DNA of 55,851 bases from Candidatus Omnitrophota bacterium (GTDB lineage: Bacteria > Omnitrophota > Gorgyraeia > Zapsychrales > Fredricksoniimonadaceae): the NCBI GenBank assembly GCA_903908245.1, contig CAIVRE010000023.1:1-55851 (forward strand), read 5' to 3'. A program made the translations under genes and the position numbers. Position 1 is the stretch's first letter. Every line of letters starts with the position of its first letter. The notes beneath the pieces were generated by a model, which searched no databases, was not told where the DNA came from, and worked only from the letters and a program-made list of their open reading frames with translations. Positions 44,207-53,294 of this stretch are shown in pieces.

Positions 44207-45940
44207 ATGAAACAGATCTTGATCCAGGATACGAACGGGAACCTTCGCAAAGAATTGAGGGATTTCCTTGTTTCTTTGACCAGTCAGCTGCGCGACCGGA
44301 GCCTTGCCGATACGGTCCAGGTGGTGACGGTGGCGGATATCGGCATTTATCAAAAAGGCATTGTGGCCAAAGTCCTGCCGGAAGGGTTTGTTTACGGGAA
44401 CCTTGAAGTGAAGCATATCCCGGAGATCATTGAAAAGACCATTCAGAAGGGGGAAAAGGTCGCGGCGCTCGCGCTGGACCGGAAGAATAAGCAGATGCGC
44501 ATTGTTCTGCGCAATTGCGGCCGTATTAACCCCGAGTGCTTTGAGGATTATGTGGCCTGTGACGGTTATCAGGGGCTGGCGAAGGCGCTTGAGATGGGGC
44601 CGGAGAAGGTTATCGAGGAAATGAAGAAGTCCGGGTTGCGTGGCCGCGGCGGCGCGGGGTTCCCCACCTGGATGAAATGGAACATTACGCGCGGGGTGAG
44701 CGGCGCGGTCAAATATATTATTTGTAACGGTGATGAAGGCGACCCGGGTGCGTACATGGACCGTTCGGTCCTGGAGGGCGATCCTCATTCCGTGATCGAG
44801 GGGCTTATGATCGGAGGGCTTGCGATCGGGGCTTCCAACGGGGTTTTTTATATAAGAGCCGAGTATCCGCTGGCCATCGAGCGTATCCAGAAGGCCATTA
44901 ACGAGTGTTATGCCAGGGGGTTGCTGGGCAAGAATATCCTCGGCAGTAATTTTAATTTTGATGTTGAGATCCGCCTGGGCGCCGGGGCTTTTGTGTGCGG
45001 TGAGGAAACCGCGCTCATCGCATCCGTGGAAGGCTTGCGCGGCTATCCGCGCCCGCGCCCTCCGTTCCCGTCCGTCAAAGGCCTTTGGGAGAAGCCGACC
45101 GCCATTAACAATGTTGAGACACTGGCGAATGTGCCTTATATCCTTTTTCATGGCGGTGAGTCGTTCGGCAAGATCGGGGTCGAGGGTTCGACCGGTACCA
45201 AAGTGTTCGCGCTCACCGGCAAGGTCCGTAATTCCGGATTGGTCGAGGTGCCGATGGGGATTACGTTGCGAGAGGTGGTATTCGATATTGGCGGCGGGGT
45301 TTTTAATAACCGTGCCATCAAGGCCATTCAGACTGGCGGGCCGTCGGGTGGTGTTATTCCCGAGCAGTTCTTTGATACCGGGATCGGTTATGAAAGCTTG
45401 CAGAAACTTGGCTCTATCATGGGTTCGGGCGGGATGATCGTTCTTGACGAGAATGATTGCATGGTCGATATTTCCAAATTCTATCTTGGGTTTTGCGTGG
45501 ATGAGTCTTGCGGAAAATGCGCGCCCTGCCGGATCGGCGGCACACAGATGTTGGCTATTCTTAAGCGGATCTCGGATGGTAAAGGGGAGGATGATGATCT
45601 TAAGAAGCTCAATGAGATCGCGTCGGCCATGCAAAAAGCTTCTTTGTGCGGGCTTGGGCAAACGGCGCCGAACCCGGTATTGTCGACGCTCAAGTATTTC
45701 GATGCCGAGTATAAAGCCCATGTGGTGGACAAGAAGTGCCCGTCGGGGAAGTGCGCGAGCCTGGTGACGTATTCGATCACCAAGGATAAATGCACCTCGT
45801 GCGGCATGTGCGCGCGCGTTTGTCCGGCCGAGGCTATTACCGGTTCGCGGGCGGATAAATACACGATCGATCCCGCAAAGTGTATCAGTTGCGGGCAGTG
45901 TTTTGATGTGTGCAAGTTCGCGGCAGTTCTTCGTCAATAA
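44207..45940 (+). CDS. hydB: [FeFe]-hydrogenase NuoF-like FMN/NAD-binding subunit (HydB/HndC)
   Basis: GLRGRGGAGFPT, CNGDEGDPGAYMDR, GAGAFVCGEETALI, ESCGKCAPCR; C-terminal 2x[4Fe-4S]. Confidence 0.93.
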   Translation: MKQILIQDTNGNLRKELRDFLVSLTSQLRDRSLADTVQVVTVADIGIYQKGIVAKVLPEGFVYGNLEVKHIPEIIEKTIQKGEKVAALALDRKNKQMRIVLRNCGRINPECFEDYVACDGYQGLAKALEMGPEKVIEEMKKSGLRGRGGAGFPTWMKWNITRGVSGAVKYIICNGDEGDPGAYMDRSVLEGDPHSVIEGLMIGGLAIGASNGVFYIRAEYPLAIERIQKAINECYARGLLGKNILGSNFNFDVEIRLGAGAFVCGEETALIASVEGLRGYPRPRPPFPSVKGLWEKPTAINNVETLANVPYILFHGGESFGKIGVEGSTGTKVFALTGKVRNSGLVEVPMGITLREVVFDIGGGVFNNRAIKAIQTGGPSGGVIPEQFFDTGIGYESLQKLGSIMGSGGMIVLDENDCMVDISKFYLGFCVDESCGKCAPCRIGGTQMLAILKRISDGKGEDDDLKKLNEIASAMQKASLCGLGQTAPNPVLSTLKYFDAEYKAHVVDKKCPSGKCASLVTYSITKDKCTSCGMCARVCPAEAITGSRADKYTIDPAKCISCGQCFDVCKFAAVLRQ

Positions 45941-45986
45941 ACGATTTTAAGAACGAATTCGTTCGTCAGTATACAGGAGATAAAGC

Positions 45987-47747
45987 ATGGCAACGGTCAC
46001 TATGATAAAAGCGCTTATTAACGGGATCCCGGTCGAGATCGAGCAGGGGACGTCTATCCTTGATGCCGCGCGCAAGGTTCAGGTTAATATTCCGACGCTC
46101 TGTAAGCATGCGGACCTGGCGGCATCGGCTGGTTGCGGGATCTGTATCGTCAAGATCAAGAACAGCCGCAAGATGTTGCGTTCGTGCTGTACGCCTCTTG
46201 AGAATAATATGGAGATCATTACGCATGACCCCGAGATCGTGCAGACCCGCCGGACGGTGCTGGAGCTGATCCTTTCCAATCATCCGAAAGACTGCCTGAT
46301 CTGCGGCCGTAATAATGATTGCGAGTTGCAGAAGATCGCGGCGGATTTCGGTATCCGTCAGGATCGTTTTGATCATATCCTGCCCGAGATCCCGGTGGAC
46401 AGATCAACGGGGACGATCATCCTTGATCCCAAGAAGTGCATCAAGTGCGGCCGTTGTGTGGATGTCTGTCAGAACAGGCAGGATGTTTGGGCGTTGTCGT
46501 TCATTCAGAGGGGGTTCAAGACGCGTATTTCGCCGGCCGGGGATATTAAGCTGGCGGATTCGCCGTGTGTCCGCTGCGGCCAGTGCTCGGCGCATTGTCC
46601 GACTGGAGCTATTTTTGAGAATGATGAGACGCAGAAGGTCTGGGACCTTTTACAGGATCAGGACAAGTTCTGTGTGGTCCAGATCGCGCCGGCCGTTCGT
46701 GTGGCTGTCGGCGAAGGGTTCGGCTATCCTGTCGGGACCAATCTGACCAAGAAGCTTTACGCCTTGTTGCGCCGGTTGGGGTTCAAGACGGTGTTCGATA
46801 CGAATTTCGGTGCGGATCTGACCATCCTGGAGGAGGCGGCCGAGTTTGTTGAGCGTTTTGTGAATAAGAAGGGGCCTTTGCCGCTCATCACCAGCTGCTG
46901 CCCGGCGTGGGTTGATTATCTTGAGAAATATTATGGCGACATGATCGGATTGTTTTCGTCCGCCAAAAGCCCGCATGAGATGGTGGGGGCGATGACCAAA
47001 ACGTATTACGCGCAGAAGAAGAATATCGATCCGGCAAAGATCAAGGTGATCTCGATCATGCCGTGTACGGCCAAGAAATACGAGATCTCGCGCACGTCGG
47101 ATATGTCTGCGTCCGGTTTTCAGGATGTGGATGTGGTGCTGACTACGCGCGAGCTTATCCGGATGATCAAGCAGGCGGGGGTAGACTTTAATAACCTTCC
47201 TGATGAAGATGCGGACCTGATCCTGGGTGATTATGCCGGAGCCGGAACGATCTTCGGCGCAACGGGCGGTGTAATGGAAGCGGCTTTGCGCACGGCTTAT
47301 TTCAATGTTACCGGTGAGAACCTGAAGAATGTGAATTTTACGGCTGTTCGCGGGCTGGAAGGTGTTAAGGAAACGACGGTTGATGTTAAGGGGATCCAGG
47401 TCAAGATCGCGGTGGCCCATGGTTTGGCCAATGTGAAGTTTGTTATGGATAAGGTGCAGGATGCGATCAAGAATGGCCAGCCGGTGCCGTATCATTTCAT
47501 AGAAGTCATGGCTTGTCCGGGCGGCTGTGTTGGTGGCGGCGGTCAGCCGTATATGGTAACCGACGAGATCCGCAAGCAGCGCGCAAAAGGGCTTTATGAT
47601 GAAGATGCTGCAGCCAAGGTCCGCTGTTCGCATGAGAATTTCCATGTTCAGCAGCTCTACAGGGAGTTCCTGGAAAAGCCGTTGTCGCATAAAGCGCATG
47701 AGCTGTTGCATACGCATTACAAGTCGCGTCCGCTGTACGTAAAGTAG
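45987..47747 (+). CDS. hydA: [FeFe]-hydrogenase catalytic subunit (group A, M3-type)
   Basis: H-cluster motifs ITSCCPAW, IMPCTAKKYE, EVMACPGGCVGGGGQP; N-terminal 2Fe-2S, His-ligated 4Fe-4S and 2x4Fe-4S. Confidence 0.96.
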   Translation: MATVTMIKALINGIPVEIEQGTSILDAARKVQVNIPTLCKHADLAASAGCGICIVKIKNSRKMLRSCCTPLENNMEIITHDPEIVQTRRTVLELILSNHPKDCLICGRNNDCELQKIAADFGIRQDRFDHILPEIPVDRSTGTIILDPKKCIKCGRCVDVCQNRQDVWALSFIQRGFKTRISPAGDIKLADSPCVRCGQCSAHCPTGAIFENDETQKVWDLLQDQDKFCVVQIAPAVRVAVGEGFGYPVGTNLTKKLYALLRRLGFKTVFDTNFGADLTILEEAAEFVERFVNKKGPLPLITSCCPAWVDYLEKYYGDMIGLFSSAKSPHEMVGAMTKTYYAQKKNIDPAKIKVISIMPCTAKKYEISRTSDMSASGFQDVDVVLTTRELIRMIKQAGVDFNNLPDEDADLILGDYAGAGTIFGATGGVMEAALRTAYFNVTGENLKNVNFTAVRGLEGVKETTVDVKGIQVKIAVAHGLANVKFVMDKVQDAIKNGQPVPYHFIEVMACPGGCVGGGGQPYMVTDEIRKQRAKGLYDEDAAAKVRCSHENFHVQQLYREFLEKPLSHKAHELLHTHYKSRPLYVK

Positions 47748-47768
47748 GGGCGGGTTCTAAACCCGCCC
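47744..47768 (+). repeat. GTAG REP-like palindrome overlapping the hydA stop
   Basis: GTAG-GGGCGGGTT-CTA-AACCCGCCC; its TAG is the hydA stop. Confidence 0.75.
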
Positions 47769-47836
47769 GTGTGTTTTTCTGATCCTGAAGCCAGGCATAG
47801 TGCTGAAGCCAGGGACAAAACAGGGATTTTTTTGAT

Positions 47837-47872
47837 CCCCCGTTCTGTCTCTGACAGAACGGGGGTTTTTTT
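47837..47872 (+). terminator. Intrinsic terminator/attenuator directly abutting the next start codon
   Basis: CCCCCGTTCTGTC-TCT-GACAGAACGGGGG followed by T7, then ATG at 47873. Confidence 0.8.
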
Positions 47873-48121
47873 ATGGATAAACGTTTAGGGTTCGTTGGCA
47901 TTATTATTGAAGACCGGAAAAAGTCGGCGCCGCTGGTGAATAAGATCCTTTCGGATTATGGTGACGAGATCCTGGCCAGGGTTGGTTTGCCGCATAAACA
48001 GCGCAATTGCAGTGTGATCACGCTGACGGTCGAGATGACGCCGGACGAGATCGGGAGCCTGGCTGGAAAGCTGGGAGCGATCCAGGGTGTGGCGGTCAAA
48101 TCCTCCCTGGGAAAGGTATGA
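47873..48121 (+). CDS. TM1266-family iron-only hydrogenase system putative regulator
   Basis: 82 aa; RLGFVGIIIE, VNKILS, RVGLP, LAGKLG...GVAVKS; located before the hyd maturation genes. Confidence 0.85.
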   Translation: MDKRLGFVGIIIEDRKKSAPLVNKILSDYGDEILARVGLPHKQRNCSVITLTVEMTPDEIGSLAGKLGAIQGVAVKSSLGKV

Positions 48122-49515
48122 TCATGGGATATCGTACAGAAAAAGATGCTTTAGGGGAGAAGCAGGTCCCGGCAGAAGCCTATTGGGGTATCCATACTCA
48201 GCGGGCGTTGGAGAATTTCTGTCTTGGCGGAGAGAAGGTTTTGCCGTCGCTTATTCGCGCGCTGGCTATGGTCAAGAAGGCGGCGGTAATGGCGAACAAG
48301 GAGTTGGGGGACCTCCCTCAGGATAAAGCGGATGCCATTATTACGGCCTGTGACGAGGTGCAGGAAGGCAAATGGAATGCGGAGTTTCCGCTCGAGGCCC
48401 TGCAGGGCGGAGCCGGGACATCGACCAATATGAATGTGAATGAAGTCCTTGCCAATCGGGCGAATGAGCTTCTGGGGGGGAAGAAAGGCGAATACGTTTT
48501 GATCCATCCGCTGGATCATGTAAATATGCATCAGTCCACCAATGATGTGTATCCGACAGCATTAAAATGCGCGGCCATATCGGCTCTACGGGTGTTGAGC
48601 GATACGGCGGCGCTTTTACAGGGGGCGCTTCAGCGCAAGGAGAAAGAGTTCGCGCATATCATCAAGATCGGACGGACCGAATTACAGGACGCGGTTCCAA
48701 TGACCCTGGGGGCGGAGTTTTCCGCCTGGGCTGAAGCCGTGTCACGGGACCGTTGGCGCGCGTTTAAATGTGAAGAGCGTTTGCGGGTGGTCAACCTGGG
48801 CGGGACAGCGATCGGCACCGGCCTTGGGAGTCCGCGTGATTATATTTTTCTGGTCATTGAGCGCTTGCGGGATATTTCCGGGTTAGGGCTTGCCCGCGGG
48901 GAGAATATTCCCGGGGAAACAGCCAATGCCGATGCATATGTGGAAGTGTCGGGGATACTCAAAGCGCACGCAGTCAACTTGATCAAGATCTCCAATGATC
49001 TTCGCCTGCTGAATTTCCTCGGGGAGGTCCGGCTTCCGGTTTGCCAGGCCGGTTCATCCATTATGCCGGGGAAGGTGAACCCTGTTATTCCGGAAGCCGT
49101 GATCCAGGCAGCGCTCAGGGTCATGGCGAATGACTTGTTGGCGACAGAGGCGGCTTCCCGCAGTTCGCTGCAGATCAATGAGTTCTTGCCGTTGTTGGCG
49201 CAGGCATTGTTGGGGTCTATCGGGCTTTTGACTGCGGCCAACAAGGTCCTGGCGGCTCATATTGACGGGATCCAGGCGGATGAGGCGCGCTGCCGGCATT
49301 CTTTTGAGCACAGCCGCATGTGCGTGACGGCCCTGGTCCCGTTGATCGGCTATGATAATGCCGGGGCGCTTTTAAAGGAATTTGATGCTTCAGGCCGGGA
49401 TGACCTGCGTTCTTTTCTTGAGGAACGGGTTGGCCGGGAAAAAGTGGCGGAAGCTTTCAGCCCGCAGGCATTGATGTCGCTTGGTCACAGGAGGGGTCAT
49501 GGCGGAAAAAGTTAA
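48118..49515 (+). CDS. aspA: Aspartate ammonia-lyase (fumarase/aspartase superfamily)
   Basis: GGAGTSTNMNVNEV, STNDVYPT, GRTELQDA, GSSIMPGKVNP. Confidence 0.9.
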   Translation: MIMGYRTEKDALGEKQVPAEAYWGIHTQRALENFCLGGEKVLPSLIRALAMVKKAAVMANKELGDLPQDKADAIITACDEVQEGKWNAEFPLEALQGGAGTSTNMNVNEVLANRANELLGGKKGEYVLIHPLDHVNMHQSTNDVYPTALKCAAISALRVLSDTAALLQGALQRKEKEFAHIIKIGRTELQDAVPMTLGAEFSAWAEAVSRDRWRAFKCEERLRVVNLGGTAIGTGLGSPRDYIFLVIERLRDISGLGLARGENIPGETANADAYVEVSGILKAHAVNLIKISNDLRLLNFLGEVRLPVCQAGSSIMPGKVNPVIPEAVIQAALRVMANDLLATEAASRSSLQINEFLPLLAQALLGSIGLLTAANKVLAAHIDGIQADEARCRHSFEHSRMCVTALVPLIGYDNAGALLKEFDASGRDDLRSFLEERVGREKVAEAFSPQALMSLGHRRGHGGKS

Positions 49516-50122
49516 GAGAACATATGACGAGTTTTTTGTACTGGGCTGGGTTGTGGGGATCGGCTGTCTGCTGGACCTGATGGCCAATATGGGTGATCCT
49601 TTTGAGATCCTGTGGTTTTGTTCGGCGACCGCGTTGCTTTTAAGTGTCGGGTTGTTCCGTAAGAATACGATCATTATTACGATGGTTTTCTTAATGGCCG
49701 TTCCGGCCCAGTTTTTCTGGATCGCGGATTTTATATTGCAGAATTTCGGGGTTGGCTTGGGGAGGACGGCATTGCTGTCGACTTCCGGTCCTTTTGTTTA
49801 TTGGACATCGCTTCTGTTGCATGTTTTGTTGATCCCTGTTTCTACGTACGGGGTCTGGAAACTCGGTTTTAATGCCCGTGCGTTCTGGCCTTCGCTGGGG
49901 TATGGATGGGGATTGTTGATATTGTCTTATTTTCTGACGGCCCCGGTCTTAAATCATAATTGTGTATTTTTCTCCTGTGACGGGATGGATCCGGGCGGCG
50001 GGTATCAGGTTTATTTTATGCGGTCGCTGCTCACCTGGAGTGCTGTTTTTATCCTTTATTTTACGGTCATGCGGGTGATCTTTGTGTATAAGGCGATATT
50101 GGATGACAGGCGCAATGGATAA
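49499..50122 (+). CDS. Hypothetical multi-TM membrane protein
   Basis: About 6 hydrophobic segments; overlaps both aspA and hydF. Confidence 0.65.
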   Translation: MAEKVKRTYDEFFVLGWVVGIGCLLDLMANMGDPFEILWFCSATALLLSVGLFRKNTIIITMVFLMAVPAQFFWIADFILQNFGVGLGRTALLSTSGPFVYWTSLLLHVLLIPVSTYGVWKLGFNARAFWPSLGYGWGLLILSYFLTAPVLNHNCVFFSCDGMDPGGGYQVYFMRSLLTWSAVFILYFTVMRVIFVYKAILDDRRNG

Positions 50123-51452
50123 AACCCCCAGATCCCTTCGATTGCATATCGGCCTGTTCGGCCGGATCAATGTCGGGAAATCCAGTTTCTTGAACATGGT
50201 TTCGGGCCAGGATGTGGCGATCACGTCCCCGGTGCCGGGGACAACGACGGATGTGGTCGAGAAGGCCATGGAATTCCTGCCTCTTGGCCCGGTGGTGTTC
50301 CTGGATACGGCGGGGCTTGATGATGTGTCATCGCTGGGCGAGCAGCGGCTGGAACGGACGATGCGGGCGCTGGACCGGACGGATGTGGCGCTGGTGCTGG
50401 TTGAACCGAATATATGGGGATCGGCGGAAAAGAACATCGTCCGTCTTCTTAGGGAAAAAAAGAAGCCTTTTGCGGTGGTCGTTAACAAGGCGGATACGGT
50501 TTCACTTTCGGAGGGATTCCTGGCGGAAGCCAGGGCGCAGGCAGACCGGGTCCTGGTCGTTTCAAGCGTGCAGCCGGAGCTGCGTGACAGGCATGTCAAT
50601 GCGCTCAAGGAGGCATTGATCCATTGTTGCCCGGAAGAACGGCTGTCATCGGGAAGGCTCATCGGTGATCTGTTGATGCCGGGCGGATTGGTGGTGCTGG
50701 TGGTGCCGATCGACCTGCAGGCGCCCAAGGGCAGGCTGATCCTGCCGCAGGTCCAGGCTATTCGTGATGTGCTGGATAATGATGCCGCCGTGCTGGTGGT
50801 CAAGGAGCGTGAATACTCGGCATATCTGAGGAAGTTAAAAGAGCTTCCGGCGCTGGTGGTTTGTGATTCACAGTCGGTCATGAAGGTTGTGGCTGATACA
50901 CCGCCGGGTGTTAAATGCACGACTTTTTCTATCCTTTTTGCCCGTTTTAAAGGCGACCTGGAGGAATTGGCACGGGGGGCTGCTTATATTGAGCGGTTGA
51001 GATCAGGGGATCGGGTCCTTATTGCGGAGAGTTGTTCTCATCATGCCGCGCAAGACGATATCGGACGGGTTAAGATCCCGCGGTGGCTCAGGCAGTACAC
51101 GGGTGTTGACCTGGATGTGGGCCATTGTTCCGGCCGGGATTATCCCGGGGACCTGGAGAAGTATCAGCTGATCATCCATTGCGGTTCATGCATGCTGACG
51201 CGGGGCGAGATGATGCTGCGTATTTATCAGGCGAAGGAGCGTGGTGTGCCGATAACGAATTACGGTGTCGCGATCGCGTTCGTGCAGGGGGTGTTGAAAC
51301 GCGTGCTGGGACCATTTCCGTCGGCATTGGAGTTTTTTGAACAAGAAGCTGAGAAAGCGAAAAGAACCCCGCTGCCAACCGGGGGACATGTTGTCCCCGG
51401 AGATGGGCAGGGAGGGACAACGTGTCCCCAGGCCGGTTGCCAATCGCAATAG
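50115..51452 (+). CDS. hydF: [FeFe]-hydrogenase maturation GTPase HydF
   Basis: GRINVGKSS, GTTTD, DTAG, NKAD, APKGRLILPQVQ, ESCSHH, HCGSCM, TNYG. Confidence 0.95.
   Translation: MDKTPRSLRLHIGLFGRINVGKSSFLNMVSGQDVAITSPVPGTTTDVVEKAMEFLPLGPVVFLDTAGLDDVSSLGEQRLERTMRALDRTDVALVLVEPNIWGSAEKNIVRLLREKKKPFAVVVNKADTVSLSEGFLAEARAQADRVLVVSSVQPELRDRHVNALKEALIHCCPEERLSSGRLIGDLLMPGGLVVLVVPIDLQAPKGRLILPQVQAIRDVLDNDAAVLVVKEREYSAYLRKLKELPALVVCDSQSVMKVVADTPPGVKCTTFSILFARFKGDLEELARGAAYIERLRSGDRVLIAESCSHHAAQDDIGRVKIPRWLRQYTGVDLDVGHCSGRDYPGDLEKYQLIIHCGSCMLTRGEMMLRIYQAKERGVPITNYGVAIAFVQGVLKRVLGPFPSALEFFEQEAEKAKRTPLPTGGHVVPGDGQGGTTCPQAGCQSQ
51382..51429. repeat. GGGACA/TGTCCC inverted-repeat element inside the hydF 3' end
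   Basis: GGGGACATGTTGTCCC ... GGGACAACGTGTCCCC (15/16 inverted match); each arm is itself palindromic. Confidence 0.6.
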
Positions 51453-51514
51453 GGCTGAATGTGAAAGCAACCCAGGTCTCAACGGTAGCGAACCATTTTA
51501 TTTGAAAGGTTTTT

Positions 51515-53005
51515 ATGGAAAAGGTTTCAGCATCCTGGGCCGGTCAGCGCATCAAGCGCGGTCAGGTCGAGAAGTATATGGATAATGGCCGGGATTTTAT
51601 CAATGAGGGCCTTATTCATTCTCAGCTGGCGGCCGCGCCCAAAGAACCGGCGCCGCAGCAGGTGCGTGATATCCTGGCCAAGTCGCTTACGGTCAAGGAT
51701 CTCACACCCGAAGAGGTTGCGGTCCTTATTAACGTGACGGACAAGGGGATGCTCGAAGAGATGCGTGCGGCCGCGCAGGCCATTAAGCTTAAGATCTACG
51801 ACAATCGCATTGTGACGTTTGCGCCTTTTTATTTGGGGAATTACTGTGTGAACCGCTGCGTGTATTGCGGGTTTAACAACGATAATCATGACGCCCGTCG
51901 CAAGGTCCTGGACCAGGAAGAGATCAAAAAAGAGGTTGCGGTCCTGGCGGGCAAGATCGGCCATAAACGGTTGATCGTTGTTTATGGCGAACATCCCAGG
52001 AATGACGTGGATTATATTGTTGAAAGCCTCAAGACCATTTATTCGGTGCGCGTTAAAACGAAGAACGGGCATGCTTCGATCCGCCGGGTGAATGTGAATG
52101 CCCCGGCATTTTCTATTGAGGACCTTAAGCGTATCAATGAAGCGGGGATCGGCACGTATCAGGTCTTTCAGGAGACTTATCATAAAGCAACGTATGCCAG
52201 GATGCATCCTGCCGATACGATCAAGGGCGATTATCATTGGCGTCTGTACTGCATGCATCGCGCGATGGAGGCCGGCATCGACGATGTCGGCATCGGTGTC
52301 CTGTTCGGGCTTTACGACTGGCGGTTTGAGCTCATGTCGCTGATCTACCATACCCAGGAACTGGAAAAGAAACTTGGGATCGGCGCGCATACGATCTCGT
52401 TCCCGCGGCTGGTGCCGGCGCTTAATTCGATGATCGGCCCTGACTGGAAGTATCTGGTGAATGATGAGGACTTTAAGAAGATCATGCTTATTATCCGCCT
52501 GGCGGTCCCGTATACGGGGATGATCATTACCGCGCGCGAGAAGGCTTCTATCCGTGACGAGGCGGTGCTGATGGGCGTGACCCAGATGGATGCGTCTTCC
52601 CGCATCGCGATCGGCGGGTATTCGGATGTTGTTGTCGCCCAGGCAGAGAATAAACAGCAGTTTATCCTGGGGGATACCCGTTCGCTTGATGAGTTGATCC
52701 GTGACCTTGCACGAAAAGGCGTCATTACATCGTTTTGTACTGCGGGGTATCGCTGCGGTCGGACCGGTAAATGCATTATGGACCTGTTGCGCAGCGGTGC
52801 GGAGGGAAAATTCTGCAAGCTCAACGCGATCCTGACGTTCCAGGAATGGCTTGATGATTTTGGCAGTGAGGAAACACGCAAGGTGGGGTTACCTTTGATC
52901 GAAAAAGAGATCGAACAGGTCAAGGCAAAGAATCCCAATGCTCTGGAGATCTTTATGGATTATCACGCGCGGATCAAGAAGGGCGAACGGGATTTATATT
53001 TATAA
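51515..53005 (+). CDS. hydG: [FeFe]-hydrogenase maturation radical SAM HydG
   Basis: IVTFAPFYLGNYCVNRCVYC, FQETYH, DDVGIGVLFGL, HTISFPR; C-terminal CX5CX19C. Confidence 0.95.
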   Translation: MEKVSASWAGQRIKRGQVEKYMDNGRDFINEGLIHSQLAAAPKEPAPQQVRDILAKSLTVKDLTPEEVAVLINVTDKGMLEEMRAAAQAIKLKIYDNRIVTFAPFYLGNYCVNRCVYCGFNNDNHDARRKVLDQEEIKKEVAVLAGKIGHKRLIVVYGEHPRNDVDYIVESLKTIYSVRVKTKNGHASIRRVNVNAPAFSIEDLKRINEAGIGTYQVFQETYHKATYARMHPADTIKGDYHWRLYCMHRAMEAGIDDVGIGVLFGLYDWRFELMSLIYHTQELEKKLGIGAHTISFPRLVPALNSMIGPDWKYLVNDEDFKKIMLIIRLAVPYTGMIITAREKASIRDEAVLMGVTQMDASSRIAIGGYSDVVVAQAENKQQFILGDTRSLDELIRDLARKGVITSFCTAGYRCGRTGKCIMDLLRSGAEGKFCKLNAILTFQEWLDDFGSEETRKVGLPLIEKEIEQVKAKNPNALEIFMDYHARIKKGERDLYL

Positions 53006-53006
53006 T

Positions 53007-53294
53007 ATGGATAATAATAAAATTGTCGAAGTTTTTGATAAATTGTCCCCGATCGTTGCCGATATGGTCGGCGGCCCGGTTTATCTCGTGAAGGTCAGCG
53101 GCCCGCGCTGGTCATATGTTGCCGGTCACATTCCATCGGACCTTCCTTTTGTCGAGCCGCAGAAAGTCCTGTTATTCGATGATTGGGCGGTCCTGTATTA
53201 TCCGGAAGCTGCCCGAAAAGTTCTGCCGGAACAGGTGCGGCAGATGTTCCTGGATGTCCGGGAGGACGAGAATGACGCGCGCCGAGATCCTTGA
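53007..53294 (+). CDS. Hypothetical protein
   Basis: 95-aa ORF tightly packed between hydG and hydE. Confidence 0.55.
   Translation: MDNNKIVEVFDKLSPIVADMVGGPVYLVKVSGPRWSYVAGHIPSDLPFVEPQKVLLFDDWAVLYYPEAARKVLPEQVRQMFLDVREDENDARRDP

Noticed and set aside
44189-45937. 582-aa minus-strand ORF (also 46650-47717 and 51527-52390)
   Set aside because: Antisense to the well-supported hydB, hydA and hydG; typical of codon bias in GC-rich genes.
45951-45964. Perfect palindrome GAACGAATTCGTTC between hydB and hydA
   Set aside because: Single short occurrence inside an operon; spacing does not fit a GAAC-N4-GTTC LexA box; no supporting context.
52730-52820. HydG auxiliary cluster motif reads CTAGYRC instead of CTACYR
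   Set aside because: It forms CX5CX19C, a known functional HydG variant; neither a defect nor a novelty.
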